Positions 24,822-36,036 of a stretch of DNA of 64,000 nucleotides are shown here, piece by piece (the first letter of the stretch is position 1; the number at the start of each line of letters is the position of its first letter). A program made the position numbers and the translations under genes. This stretch comes from Flectonema sp. DT1601 (Eukaryota). The stretch is taken from positions 124,001-188,000 of the forward strand of contig OZ025798.1 in the NCBI GenBank assembly GCA_964019425.1. Reading direction: 5' to 3'. Below the pieces are notes generated by a model. It searched no databases and had not been told where the DNA came from. It was given only the letters and a program-made list of their open reading frames with translations.

Positions 24822-26094
24822 CTATTTTTTCCTCAATTTTGCGATTCGGCGTTGTTCCTGTTTTTGTTGTTTTGTTGAGATTTGTTCACAAATATCCTAA
24901 ACTGATTCCCTTCATCCACAAACACATTAGTGACACATACTACTTCGATGGCTTCTTTGTGTTCCTGCGCGAGATCGAAATTTCCATCTTTTAACGCAAG
25001 AAGATCTTTTCTGATTCGAGCGTCAGTTGGAAGTGGGTTCTCAGGAACGGTGTTGTCAAGTTTTGTAATTTGAGTCTTCTCTCTCAACCAATACCGCTGA
25101 GTCTTCTTAGTGTCAGTATCTGTGAAGTCGACTCCCTTCAACCAGGAACCCGCAACCCTTGAGAGGATGAGTTTCTCGGAGTCGTTTCCATTTGAGCTTT
25201 CAATTGCGATGCTCCCGCTGAGTTCATCATCTTGTTTTACGACTTCTGAATCACTGTTACCAAATAGACCCATAGTCATTGCTCCAGCTAACCCTGTTTT
25301 TATTTATTAAGATAAAGTACAATAGTTAATTAACACAAATTAAATGAAAACATACATTTACTTCCATCAGACATCTTCTGCATCATATGACGTTGGTCAC
25401 CGAAACCTACTTTACAAACGAGAGGAGGAGAGCTATTGTCTCTGATGGTCATGCTGCCAACGTGATCTAATATTCTGTTCCCAGTTAGAACACCAGAAAC
25501 ACAAATACCTGGAAGTTCCCAATTTACTTCATATCCGTTACTAAATGTTAAATAGTTCATTCCAAGCTGTCCTCCCTGAACTTGATTTCCTGCGAAGTAC
25601 CCGCTCCACTTAGCAGTTCCGTGAAACTTCCACTTTTGTGATGGTGGGATGACTTCCCAGGAAGAGACAGGTGGATGGTGGCTGGTCTGCTCATTGTGAA
25701 TAGTAGTTCCATCTTCAAACACCGCATCATATGTCTCACCAAGTAATGGATTAAAAGGTTTCTTACAGGCAGTGTTTAAATGTAATCCCGAAATTACCAT
25801 TGCCGCAACAAGTTTCATCTTTTCAGCTTCACGAGTTTCTTTGTCAATTAAATCACAGTAGTACGGCATCGTTACCCATCCTCTGCACATTCTTTCAAGG
25901 AAGGTCGCAGGTTCGCAAAGAGTAACCGGCATTGAGACTGAAACCAAATCCTTTCCTTCCAAAAAGGAAGTTCCTAATCTCTTAACAAACACCCAAACTG
26001 CATCCCGTTCTTCTTTCAGAGCTTCAGCAGTGTATGCATAATCGTGACCTGTTCCTTGGGGATCTACTTCCTTTTCAACTTCAAAAGGATACAT
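24822..26094 (-). CDS. Oxysterol-binding protein (OSBP/ORP) family, 3 exons
   Basis: Signature motifs KKPFNPLLGETY and EQTSHHPP, plus PTDARIRKDL. Introns lie at 25355-25294 and ~24940-24858, and the last exon reads EQRRIAKLRKK*. Confidence 0.92.
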
Positions 26095-26128
26095 TTTTAT
26101 TTGTAGGCTCTGAAAAAGAAAAAATAGA

Positions 26129-26528
26129 ACCGCAATCCAGCCAACCGTCACAAGTACGGAGGTCGACTCGATTGAACAGGTGCCACCGCTTCAGGAACGA
26201 ACCCCAGTTTGGAGGGGTTGGCTCGCGCGGGAGGCATGGCCTACCGGGAGCTGAAGGGTCAGGCTGTGGCCCACCAATCGGTGACGGAACAGTTAGCTGC
26301 TCGCCAAGCACAGCACACGACGGCCAGGGAGAACCTGGAGGTCACAGTGAGTCGGGTGGCCCAGGTGATCAACGAGCAAGCCCGGAGGCAGGTGAAGGCG
26401 GAAGAACACACTGCCATGGTTGAAGGTGCGGCCGAAGAAGCTTTTTATTGCGTAGCGGATAGGCAGGAAGAGCTCGGGGAGGCTGTGATGCAGATGGCGA
26501 AGGAAAAGGCCAGACAGGACTGAGGGGT
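26129..26528 (+). mobile_element. GC-rich intergenic insert encoding a broken coiled-coil (gag/ORF1-like) fragment, antisense to the host cluster
   Basis: Sharp GC step inside AT-rich intergenic DNA. The Q/E/A-rich heptad peptide (ELKGQAVAHQSVTE, QARRQVKAEE, VADRQEELGE) resembles the 39854-40570 insert peptide. It has no complete gene structure. Confidence 0.45.
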
Positions 26529-27009
26529 ATCATGTAATGTATTCTAAATACACTACAACCACTGTCAGATACTTTAACTTTAGTAAGGTTTTAAATAAAA
26601 TGATCTGCTGTTAATAAAAAAAAGGACAAATAAAAACATCGAAGCGCGTTGAGCACCAGAGAGTGAGTGTAAGTGATAAGAATACAACACATGCAACGAG
26701 AGGAAGTAAGAGACTCTGAATAACAAACTGCTATTCAGGATTAGACTACTTTAAATAAACTCACCGTAAGCAGAGATGACTATCTCACTTTCCTGAAAAG
26801 GAAAGCTATCCGACAACGACAACAACAAAAAGGAAAACTCACGAATAAATAACCTCGTGTAACAAATGACATGAATAGTGTAAGCTCTCATCGTTAGCAT
26901 CGAACAGCGTGTCTGGTGCGTCTGTTTTGATTGAAATTAATTATTTGTTCTTCAAAAAGAATAAAAAGAACGCGGATGGACACAAACCTAAAAGTCGCCA
27001 TCTGTTCTA

Positions 27010-28060
27010 CTACTCTGGCATCAATCTTTTTCAAGATGTTACAAGAAACTGGGTTGGGTGGTACCGGGACTTTCTGCTGACGTCCGATTGAAGGGAGCCA
27101 CGACTCCTGGTTTATTTTATTTTAACTTATTTGTGCATCGCTGTCATCATTACTTACTTTGCATACCTGTTGAGGAGAGTCGTCAACAAACACGCCAGTC
27201 CTGCCACAAGATCTCGTGTGAGTACCTCCCATCGCTTGCTGAGTTTGTTTTAGTTTCTTTCTTTTTTTCTTTTGCAGTTTTCTCTTTTTTTGGGTCTCTT
27301 GTTGGTCATTCGCATGAATCTCAGGTACATTATCAGATTGAGCGTTGGGGTCAGTTTCCTCCTGACTGACGGGAGGAAACGGTGTGTTGGGTTCAACTAA
27401 AGACATCTTTCTGGGATTCACAATCGAATCACTTCTCATCATTCGATTAATTGAATTCAGACGACTATTAGCACGAGATGATCTCGGATTGAATTGTGAA
27501 GGTTTGCGAGCTAAGTTACGAGTCTTTCGACGTTTCATTTCAGCCTTTTGATGTTCTTGTTTCTTTCTCTCTTGTTCAAGTAGCGATTCATAGTCGAGTC
27601 CAAGCTTTAATTTGCGACAACATTCCTCTCCCCCACCCACGTCATCCTCAAGTATTGTTTTGAATTGTTCGTACGCTAGGTCGCTGTTCTCTTGAAACCC
27701 TTCGGCATTTAAATTTAAATCAAATCTGTTACACGTTCCTAACAAGTCGTCGTATTTAACATTTCCTTCACAACTATCGTTACCACCAACAGCAACGAAT
27801 GCTCTAACAAGATCCCCGTCAGTTGGTTCTGGTCTGTAAAATTCTTTTTTTAAGTTTGTAACGTAGTCCAGTAAAGTCATGAAGTCGAACTCTCCATTTG
27901 TACTAACGAAGTCTTCCATGTCTTCTAAGCTGGGAGTCAATCCCAAATGACAACAAACACTTTGTAACTCAAAGACACTTGTTATCCAAGGCTTGTCTCC
28001 CATTACTTCTGTGAATGCTCCTCTTGTTCTCTGCCACTCATGTGGTGTTAGTTCGTGCAT
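27010..28060 (-). CDS. EF-hand/calmodulin-like (flagellar dynein light-chain-like) domain protein with low-complexity C-terminus; one 3' intron
   Basis: MHELTPHEW...LGLTPSLEDMEDFV...GEFDFMTLLDY...DLVRAFVAVGG..EGNVKYDDL. A pyrimidine-rich AG precedes the ATG. A GTATGC..ACCAG intron (~27166-27108) leads to a short last exon. Confidence 0.65.
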
Positions 28061-28412
28061 TCCACCTCCTGAAAAGAGAAGAAAAAAACTACAAACGAAC
28101 TCAAATAGTACAAAATCTCGAGACATTTGTTTCTAATCTGTTTTGAAAATAATAACTCGAAGGACGCAGTCAATCACTTTTAAAAATATTTATAATTGTG
28201 TAGATCTGTTCTGTTTTATTATTATAAGGTTTTCGAAGTATAAAGTAAAGTTGTTTTTTTTGGGATTTTTTATGCGTGATTTATTCCTTTTCATTTGTTT
28301 TTTGTTTTTTTTTTAAAAAAAAAAAAGAACAACAACAACAAAAAAGAAAACCAACAACGGTTAAGTAATAATCGAAAATGCGGCAAAAGAAGGCGTCTGA
28401 AGGAAATTAAAA

Positions 28413-28643
28413 CTACTTCTTACCAACTGGGCAGAACGGATCCCAATCACTTGGTGATGAGAAGTGTTTCGAGTCCATCGTTAACTTTGGAATTGTAATA
28501 TCTGCAGCGACCGTTGCAAATGTCGGTGCCGGTCCCTGCGGTCTGCTCGGAATCGTCATCGGGTGCGCTGCAGCAGCCGGATGAGCTGCATGTGCGTGAA
28601 CAACGTGATGAACTGCCGCTGCTGGGTGTGCCCTCGCAACCAT
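28413..28643 (-). CDS. Small (76 aa) His/Ala/Pro-rich hypothetical protein
   Basis: MVARAHPAAAVHHVVHAHAAHPAAAAHPMTIP...DWDPFCPVGKK. It forms a GC-richer island on the cluster strand, with an upstream ttcag acceptor-like site. Confidence 0.55.
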   Translation of the reverse strand: MVARAHPAAAVHHVVHAHAAHPAAAAHPMTIPSRPQGPAPTFATVAADITIPKLTMDSKHFSSPSDWDPFCPVGKK

Positions 28644-28925
28644 TGTATTTGTAGTCGGGTAGTGTAAGCTGAATTGAATATGATTTGAATTTATTTTACA
28701 CAAAACATCCAATAGCTCTATCCATATCAGATTACCATTACCATGTTATTATATCTGTTGTGTGTAAGCAGCTGAATCAAAACATATCAAAACAGACACA
28801 TCCCTCATTCGTTTACAGCCGACAATGTGCAAAGCTGCAACAATCACCAGAGGTGGTTATTAATTATTTAGGAACTAATATTTAGAGTATTTCCTCCTCC
28901 AGAGGTAGGTAGGTTAAGACGTGTC

Positions 28926-30023
28926 TTAATTTATTTTCTTATTTTCTGCCGCAGTTTTGTTTGCCAACCTTCGCGAAGTTACAAACGCTGCGCAGAATTC
29001 AATCGCCGACACTCCGGTAGTCACTCCCCACGCCAGGGTGACGAAATAAAAAAAATTCGCATTAGCTGACTGATGAACTAACCAGCCAACGAGAAACCCA
29101 TGACCGAGTGTGTAGCAGAGAAGGAGAGACCAAATGATTGCGAGCTGGTATCTCATGTGGGTAACAGTTTTAGGAGACGCAATGAAGAGACACAAACCAG
29201 CTGCAAGGTAATCTGTGAATGAAGGAGTCAAGTCAGTTACGACAATAAGTGCAAACGAACAAGCGATTATGAGATGTGGTGGACAAGATTCTCTCCTCAA
29301 TTTATAGGCAAATGGGATGACCATTCCAGGAGTGAAAAGTAATAAAATATTACAAAACAATTGCCTAAATGACTCGAATACTTCAAGGTGTAAATACCAA
29401 TGTAATCCCCAATTAGGACGAGTAACAACACAAGTTGGAGAAAGTACATTAAAGTTCGTCTCATCTCCCAGAGATATTCCCAACAAATAAAACAACAAAC
29501 CAACAACTACTACGGTAACTCCAGTCTTTGGAAATAAAAACACAACAACAGCTGCAAGCGAAGCATTTGCTGGATATAAATAAACCAACAGCCCAGCTAT
29601 ACAACCCACAAGTTGATATTTATTATTATTCGCAGCTACGATCATCAGCAACACAGACAGACTCTGCATTGCTGATGTTGTTAAACAAGAACCGATAACT
29701 GTAATTGGTGATAGTGCCCATATGACACCAGCAGTCAGATTCATTGATCCGAATATATAACAAGCAATGGTGTCGAGAATAAGTATGAATTCCCAAATTG
29801 GTACATAAGTTGTTATAAACCAAATTAGATTCCAACTTTCAGCAGGAACACCAACAGAGATATCTTCAGCGTATTTAATATCGTGAGAAGGACTTCCATA
29901 TCCACATCTTATGAAATATTCTATTCTCGGATCGACCATGTCTTCCCAATTCAATTTAAAAAATATTCTCACCGCCAACCCCACTGCCGCTAATAAGATT
30001 GCTCTCTTGTTAATCCGATTCAT
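28926..30023 (-). CDS. PIGU: GPI transamidase subunit PIG-U (GAB1/CDC91)
   Basis: Multi-TM protein with PNWGLHWYLHLEVFESFRQLF and SANANFFYFVTLAW motifs typical of PIG-U. Likely start is MNRINKR at 30023. Confidence 0.85.
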   Translation of the reverse strand: MNRINKRAILLAAVGLAVRIFFKLNWEDMVDPRIEYFIRCGYGSPSHDIKYAEDISVGVPAESWNLIWFITTYVPIWEFILILDTIACYIFGSMNLTAGVIWALSPITVIGSCLTTSAMQSLSVLLMIVAANNNKYQLVGCIAGLLVYLYPANASLAAVVVFLFPKTGVTVVVVGLLFYLLGISLGDETNFNVLSPTCVVTRPNWGLHWYLHLEVFESFRQLFCNILLLFTPGMVIPFAYKLRRESCPPHLIIACSFALIVVTDLTPSFTDYLAAGLCLFIASPKTVTHMRYQLAIIWSLLLCYTLGHGFLVGWLVHQSANANFFYFVTLAWGVTTGVSAIEFCAAFVTSRRLANKTAAENKKIN

Positions 30024-30155
30024 TTTTTTTTTTTTTTTAAATTTTTTTTCTTTTTTTAAAGTTCTAGAGATAGTAAAAATAAATGTCCTCCAACTACAAC
30101 ACATGTGACGATCAATAATAAGTTCAGCTGAGTTCCTGAAAAGGAGGCTGAGTTT

Positions 30156-31451
30156 CTAACTTGGTACCAACACAGACCCACGATTATATAATGTTGTCGT
30201 ATTCTTTCTGTATCGTCGATGGATAACAGATTGACGTGGTTGTTGAGGAAATGATGTTCTCGTTACGGGTAATTGTTGAGATTCAATAACTTGAGATCCT
30301 CTACGGTGAGAAAGAATAACAATCTGACGTAACTCACTCTCAAGAACAGAGTCTACGAACTCAGCTTGTTGAGCTGGAGTTGGTGGAGAGCTACTACAAA
30401 GTACTCTCCGAAGTACATTTATCGCTTCTCGAGCTCTACTGACAAGTGAAATTAAATCCAACGAATCACCACCTTCAATATTAGGAAACACTTCGATAAG
30501 TGAATTACGAGCAGTCTCAATCTCTAATTGTAATGAAGTCATTATTAGTTCTCTTGATGAGGATTCACGTGAAGACTGTACTAGTTTGTCGACTAAGGAG
30601 TCGTATTTTTGTTTTTGACCGAGTAGTTCAAAACCTTTCATCTGATAACCTTTTGAAATAGTTTCTATTTCAGCTGCGTGACCAGCAACTGTTTCTTTGT
30701 AAGAATCCAACTGTTCTTCCAAATGAACAATTTTCTGCTTTGCGCTGTTGAATTCGTCAACCGACTCTTCAGTTGCTTCTTCCAACTCAACGTGACTTTC
30801 AATTTCAACTCCAAGACTTCGATAGATTTTAAGAAGTTCGGTTTTTGCTGCTAATTTTCTTTTTGTGATATAAAGTGCGTCTCTCAGTCTTTGAACGTCT
30901 GCCGCGTTATTCTTTTTTGTCGTTCGATACCTTCTTTCAGTAATCAAAGCGATCTTCTCCATCGCTTTTATGATGTCTGTGAAAGTATAATTTATTGATC
31001 TGCTCAACTTTAATGTCATCGGTTGCCTATCTGTTATTTCAGAAAGGTCCAGGGTGTTGAAATTAACTCGTTTTCCGGTAATTGGATGATCGACCCATTG
31101 AAGAGAACACAATTCATCATTTATTTCTGAATCATTTGATGAAATACGTTCTTTATTTGGATTCTTATGTTGATTAAATACCATCGAAAGTGTGTCAAAG
31201 TCTATGTGACTGTTGCTTAACTTTTCAAGAGTTGTTTGAAGTGATTCTTCACAATTTTTTACAGAAATATTTTTATTTGTTGTTGTTGTTGTTGTTGTCA
31301 ATACGTCACTCAGAGCTGAAGCATCAAATCCTCTCATATTATTACCATTCGTTTTCTTATTCATCAACGACATGATATCAGTTCGAATACAGTTGTAAGC
31401 AGACAGAACACTTTGAACCTGCTCTACTGCAGCAGTCTTACTCTCCGTCAT
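30156..31451 (-). CDS. Hypothetical coiled-coil protein (431 aa)
   Basis: Long ORF on the cluster strand with a heptad-rich central region; no recognised domain. Confidence 0.7.
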   Translation of the reverse strand: MTESKTAAVEQVQSVLSAYNCIRTDIMSLMNKKTNGNNMRGFDASALSDVLTTTTTTTNKNISVKNCEESLQTTLEKLSNSHIDFDTLSMVFNQHKNPNKERISSNDSEINDELCSLQWVDHPITGKRVNFNTLDLSEITDRQPMTLKLSRSINYTFTDIIKAMEKIALITERRYRTTKKNNAADVQRLRDALYITKRKLAAKTELLKIYRSLGVEIESHVELEEATEESVDEFNSAKQKIVHLEEQLDSYKETVAGHAAEIETISKGYQMKGFELLGQKQKYDSLVDKLVQSSRESSSRELIMTSLQLEIETARNSLIEVFPNIEGGDSLDLISLVSRAREAINVLRRVLCSSSPPTPAQQAEFVDSVLESELRQIVILSHRRGSQVIESQQLPVTRTSFPQQPRQSVIHRRYRKNTTTLYNRGSVLVPS

Positions 31452-31620
31452 ATTTAAACAAAATAAAAAGGAACTGATGGGTAAGTGTTTGTAAGATATT
31501 ACTTCTTATTATTGTTGTTATTGTTGTTGTTTGCGATCGACTAGTTTTACAGGCTGGAAAGACTGTAAACTAATAATTTCTGATAGATAGACTGAAACCA
31601 CTACTACTTCTGAACAATAA

Positions 31621-32709
31621 TCAGAAGAACTCACCAACAGCTGCTTCTCTTGTTATTCGGGGAACCCATTGAGAGGCATTTTTAGCCAAATTAATATCTC
31701 TACGATCGTGTAAAACAGAAACCTTCGCTAGAGGAGCCTGAAGAGCTGCAGCAACACTGTGTCTCATCGTGGTGTTGATTATGAATGCTCCACTTTTTGA
31801 GATGGTTGGTGTCAACTTATCGAAGTTGATATTATTATTTATTTGATGACTTCGAGTAACTGATAAAAGTGGTGCTGGTCGAGGAATTGGAATCGCACAT
31901 CGTTTTTTAATTTTTGGAACAGTTTGGTGAGACTCTGGTAAAGTGACTATTCTCATACTCAACTCACTGTTAGGGTTTTCATGAAAAACAAAGTCAGCCG
32001 GGTTGTCGACGACGACTTCCATGAAATTTGAAAGTCGACCGATTTTTGCTTCAATTCTACGGCTGCGTTTCATCCTTTGAATATCAAACAGTTGTGATCC
32101 TGTTCGTAACTTCCTTCTCAAAGTTCCTTCCCTCGTGAGAGGTGAGAGAGGAGTCTTTTCCCTTCCTTCGAAACTCAGTGGAGATGGTGTTGTAAATTCA
32201 TCATTTTGATACTGCGATTGACGTCTTTCAAAAGGAAGTTCATTACTCAGAGGTTTATAATCAATTCCCTTCAGAGACGACAGTAAATTTATTTCATCAG
32301 CGTTGGCATCGACTTCAGGAGTGTACCTCCTCCTTACAACAGTTTGTTGAGAATCACACTCAGGAAGAGTATTTGTTATGTTGAGTTTAGTTATAAAAGT
32401 TTGAGAAGTGACATCTTCTGAAGAAGATAACATGTTTTGATCACTTTCGTTATAATTTAGTGACATGTGGTCCATAGATTCTGGTTGCTTCTTCATCGCT
32501 TTAAAGATTTCAGTAATACCTCCTCTGCTGGAAGAACTAACTCCACCTCTGTTGGATACCTGAAGTAATCGAGAGTTGAGTAACAGAGTAGTGGCTTCAG
32601 AGATATTTATTCTATTCCTCCTCCTCGTTGGGAGAACTCTCGTGAAGTTTAAGAAATGTTTTAATTTCTGTCGTTGTCGAGCTTTTGCAGTCTCCAATTC
32701 TGAAGACAT
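31621..32709 (-). CDS. Hypothetical protein (362 aa), basic/low-complexity
   Basis: Long ORF on the cluster strand in AT-rich DNA; no recognised domain. Confidence 0.65.
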   Translation of the reverse strand: MSSELETAKARQRQKLKHFLNFTRVLPTRRRNRINISEATTLLLNSRLLQVSNRGGVSSSSRGGITEIFKAMKKQPESMDHMSLNYNESDQNMLSSSEDVTSQTFITKLNITNTLPECDSQQTVVRRRYTPEVDANADEINLLSSLKGIDYKPLSNELPFERRQSQYQNDEFTTPSPLSFEGREKTPLSPLTREGTLRRKLRTGSQLFDIQRMKRSRRIEAKIGRLSNFMEVVVDNPADFVFHENPNSELSMRIVTLPESHQTVPKIKKRCAIPIPRPAPLLSVTRSHQINNNINFDKLTPTISKSGAFIINTTMRHSVAAALQAPLAKVSVLHDRRDINLAKNASQWVPRITREAAVGEFF

Positions 32710-32901
32710 GTTACGATGTTGTTCTTCTGATGATAAAATAATAATAAAAATACTTCTGAGGATTAGTTAGGTTTACTTGTCATAAACAACGAAACGTGTG
32801 GATACCAAATGCCTGTAGTGGAACTCACGAATAAAAACAACAAGCGATACAGCAATACAAAAAATAATAATACAATAAAATAATTCATCTTGTAGAAACT
32901 A

Positions 32902-34998
32902 CTAAGTGATAGTCTCCGTCGATTTGTTGGAAGGCAGAGTTCACTTCTTCTTTTGTTTCAACGGCTGTGCCATCGATAGAACAGATTTGATCACCTGATT
33001 TTATTAATTCGGAAAGCAGCTACAAGACTGTCGGGTACATAATAAATAATAACACGTCCACATACCATTCCGAACACCTGCAATATCAGCAAGAGAACCT
33101 TCAGTAACAAGAATGATATTACATCCGTAATGGGTGATCCCAAGATCTTCACCATACTGCGCTGTTACATAAATCTCCGATGGTCTGTTGTATGAAGAAT
33201 CAGGTTGAGGTTGTTGATTTATATTTATTGGACTGATTCTAACTATTTCATTCTCATCAATTAACGGACTGCAAGGAACGAATCCTTCATCGTAATCACC
33301 TTCTTGTGAAATGGGAGTTGCCATTACTTCTTCATCACAAACAGCAGCTGTAAACCTCTGCTGTCGACTAAACTGTTGTCTCTCTGCAGCTATCTCATCT
33401 AAGTCTGCTGGAGAGATGTCTTCATCAGATTGTTTTGAATCCTCGCTAACGTCAAGTGTTTGAGGACTCTTCACATCGTCAACTTGATTTAGAACTTGTT
33501 GTGCATTCCACTCGCAGAGTGTTTGTCTCGCTGCTGCTGCTTCGCTGTCTGCCTGTTCAATCATGTTGTCCTTTGCGGTATTTAGTCTCTGACTCATTAA
33601 TAAAGCTTTCTGTAATTCTTGTACTTCTTCGTCTTTCTCAAGTTGTTGAGTTCGAAGAGTTTCGACGTCTCGTTGGATTTCACAATTCTTGGATTCGATT
33701 TCATCTTTTTCTTTTATTGATGAAATTAACTTCTCGCTGAGGGAAGTTTGCAGAGCAGTCAACACCTGCACTTGATTAGCGTCAGCAGCACTCTTTGCAT
33801 TCTGTTGAGAGAATTGTGTCTGGAGGAACGATACCAATTCCTCTTGTTTTTGGTTTCTGGACTCTAATTCTGAAACAGATTGCCGTAGTTGGGTTATGTA
33901 TTCATCTCCTTCTTTCTTAATAGTTTCATAATTTGAGAGATCTTCTTTAAGAGAAGTCTTCTCCTGAGTCAACAACGTTATGAGACTTTCCTTCTCAAAT
34001 ATAACTTCTTCATGTGAGGAGACATGATCATTGAAATGGTCTTTGAGTGTTTTAATAGATGACAATTGTTCTTGTTGGCTGTTTTCTAAGAGTGATATTT
34101 TATTTACTTTTTCACTAACTGAAGTCTCTAATAACATGCAACGAGTTTCAGCCTCCTGTCGAGCACTGCGAAGGGATGCGATTTCCTCTTGCAAAGAATC
34201 ATTTTTTATTGATATTTCATTCACGTCATCTTTTAGTGAATTCATGTCTTCTAACAAAATGGTTTCTCTCTCTTCCATTTCAGTTGTTCTTTTCATCGAA
34301 ATTTGTGTTCTCTCACTTTCGAGTAAGAAGTTGATCTCATTGATGAGACTTTCTCTCGAAGTTGTTTCCTTTTCAACTAAACTGAAGCTTTCCATTGTCA
34401 TCGCCGCTTCAATCTTTCGATAAGAAACGTCGAGACTTCCTTTTAAATTTGAATTTTCAGATTTCATGAAAGTTATTTCTTTTATCAGATCAGAAATCTG
34501 AACTTCCATCGCACTTTGAGAATCAGAGAGTTCGGTATTGTGACTGGTGATGACAGCGAGAGACTGAATGAGTTCTTTTGTTTTGTAGCTCTCTTCAGCC
34601 AATCTTGCTGATGAATTTGATATTTGATTTCCTAAAGTAGCGATAGCTGTGTTGTGTTGTTCTTGAAGTTCTCTAACCATTACTAAGTTAGATTGTCTTT
34701 CAGAGTGAAGTTCAACTTCGAGGAATTTAATTCGATTCTCAAAAGTAATTCCAGAGGACGGATCAATTGCCTGAAGATGATTAACCGTATCCAAATGTTT
34801 TAATAAACTTCTTACCTTGTTAGACGTCGCATTTGTAACATCAGTTTGGTTTCTCAACATCGTCATCATCATTTCTTTCTTTTCAGTCGCATCGACTCCA
34901 ATCCTTTGAAGTTGTTGTCGTTTCCTGTCGCTGGACAATGTCAGTTCTCGTGATCTCTCTGATAAGTCAGCAAGCCTTCCATCAGCACTTTGTAACAT
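32902..34998 (-). CDS. Long coiled-coil protein with C-terminal PDZ-like domain (3' end spliced; exact end uncertain)
   Basis: About 500 aa of coiled coil, then EDLGITHYGCNIILVTEGSLADIAGVRNG. After a GTATGT..ATCAG intron it continues as DQICSIDGTAVET, matching the PDZ G-D-x-I-x-x-I-D-G pattern. Confidence 0.65.
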
Positions 34999-35055
34999 CA
35001 CTTTTACATTCTTTTGTTTGAAAAAAATAAGAATTCACAACCTCATTTACTTAAC

Positions 35056-35668
35056 AACATTACTAAAATAACGAGAAAATGAAAGGTATTGAGGTCAACA
35101 TCAAAAGATAGTGACTGAGGCGTCTCAAAGAGACAAAAAGCATTCAAGATCGGTCTTATATTTTGTTGATCGCAAACAGTATTACTACATCACAGGGATA
35201 TAGATAACATTTGACATAATAAATAAACGGCTCTTAATCTGAATAGTTCTTCTCCGACTTTGTCGGTGCAAAAAAAAAAAAAAAAAAGAAAGGTATGATA
35301 AAGTTGTCAACGAGACAGATACTATACGAGAGAAGAGTAATCGGTCATCGATAATAATTAAAAGAAAGGTATTGAGGTCAACATTAAAAGATAGTGACTG
35401 AGGCGTCTCAAAGAGACAAAAAAAAAAGAAAGGTATGATAAAGTTGTCTACGGGACAATAATTAAAAGACAAAGAATTGAGGTTAAGTTAGTAATGGTTA
35501 TCAATCAAAAGAAGAGGAGAGGGCGGGGAAAATTTAAGTGCCATATCACTCAGCAAGAAATGGAAACCAAAATCAGGTAAGATGACAGTCAGTTTAAGTT
35601 CATAACTGCACCGGACCCGTCAACATCAAAAGATAGCGACTGAGGCGTCTCAAAGAGACAAAAAAAAA
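35056..35668. repeat. Cluster of short degenerate repeats with core gtcaacat(c/t)aaaagatag(t/c)gactgaggcgtctcaaagagacaaaaa
   Basis: Core copies lie at ~35095, ~35377 and ~35619, with further copies at ~42256 (partial) and ~43660. 35056-35110 also resembles 38331-38385. Confidence 0.8.
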
Positions 35669-36036
35669 AGGTACGACAGACGAGACGATGAAATTAAGTG
35701 ACGTAAAGCTCAAACCCTCTGAACAACAAGGCTCTTCGAAGTGTTACGTTCGCCAGTGTTACGTTCGCCAGTCTACATCGACCTGGCTGAGTATTCAATT
35801 TGATTGAATTCCCGTCAAAGTATTAGTAAGAGAAACTATAGGGGATTTGAATGGACTTTTATCACGAAATCACATCTATGTTTTATTATCGAAGACATGT
35901 TTTAAGAGCGAAAGAGAAATACGTAACGAACACCATCTGATTACGCACGAACACAAATAACGTGTGAGAACTACTTAACGATGTGTGACATGGTTAAACC
36001 CACCGACACTGTTATTAAACTAAAAGTCAACGCTTG

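Noticed and set aside
28926..30023. Functional linkage of PIG-U with the nearby GPI-type surface protein array
   Set aside because: Neighbours in such unidirectional clusters are usually functionally unrelated, and there is no evidence beyond proximity.
35056..35700. Short repeats separated by unique sequence as a CRISPR-like array
   Set aside because: Spacing is irregular, the units are degenerate and nested, the context is eukaryotic and there are no cas genes.
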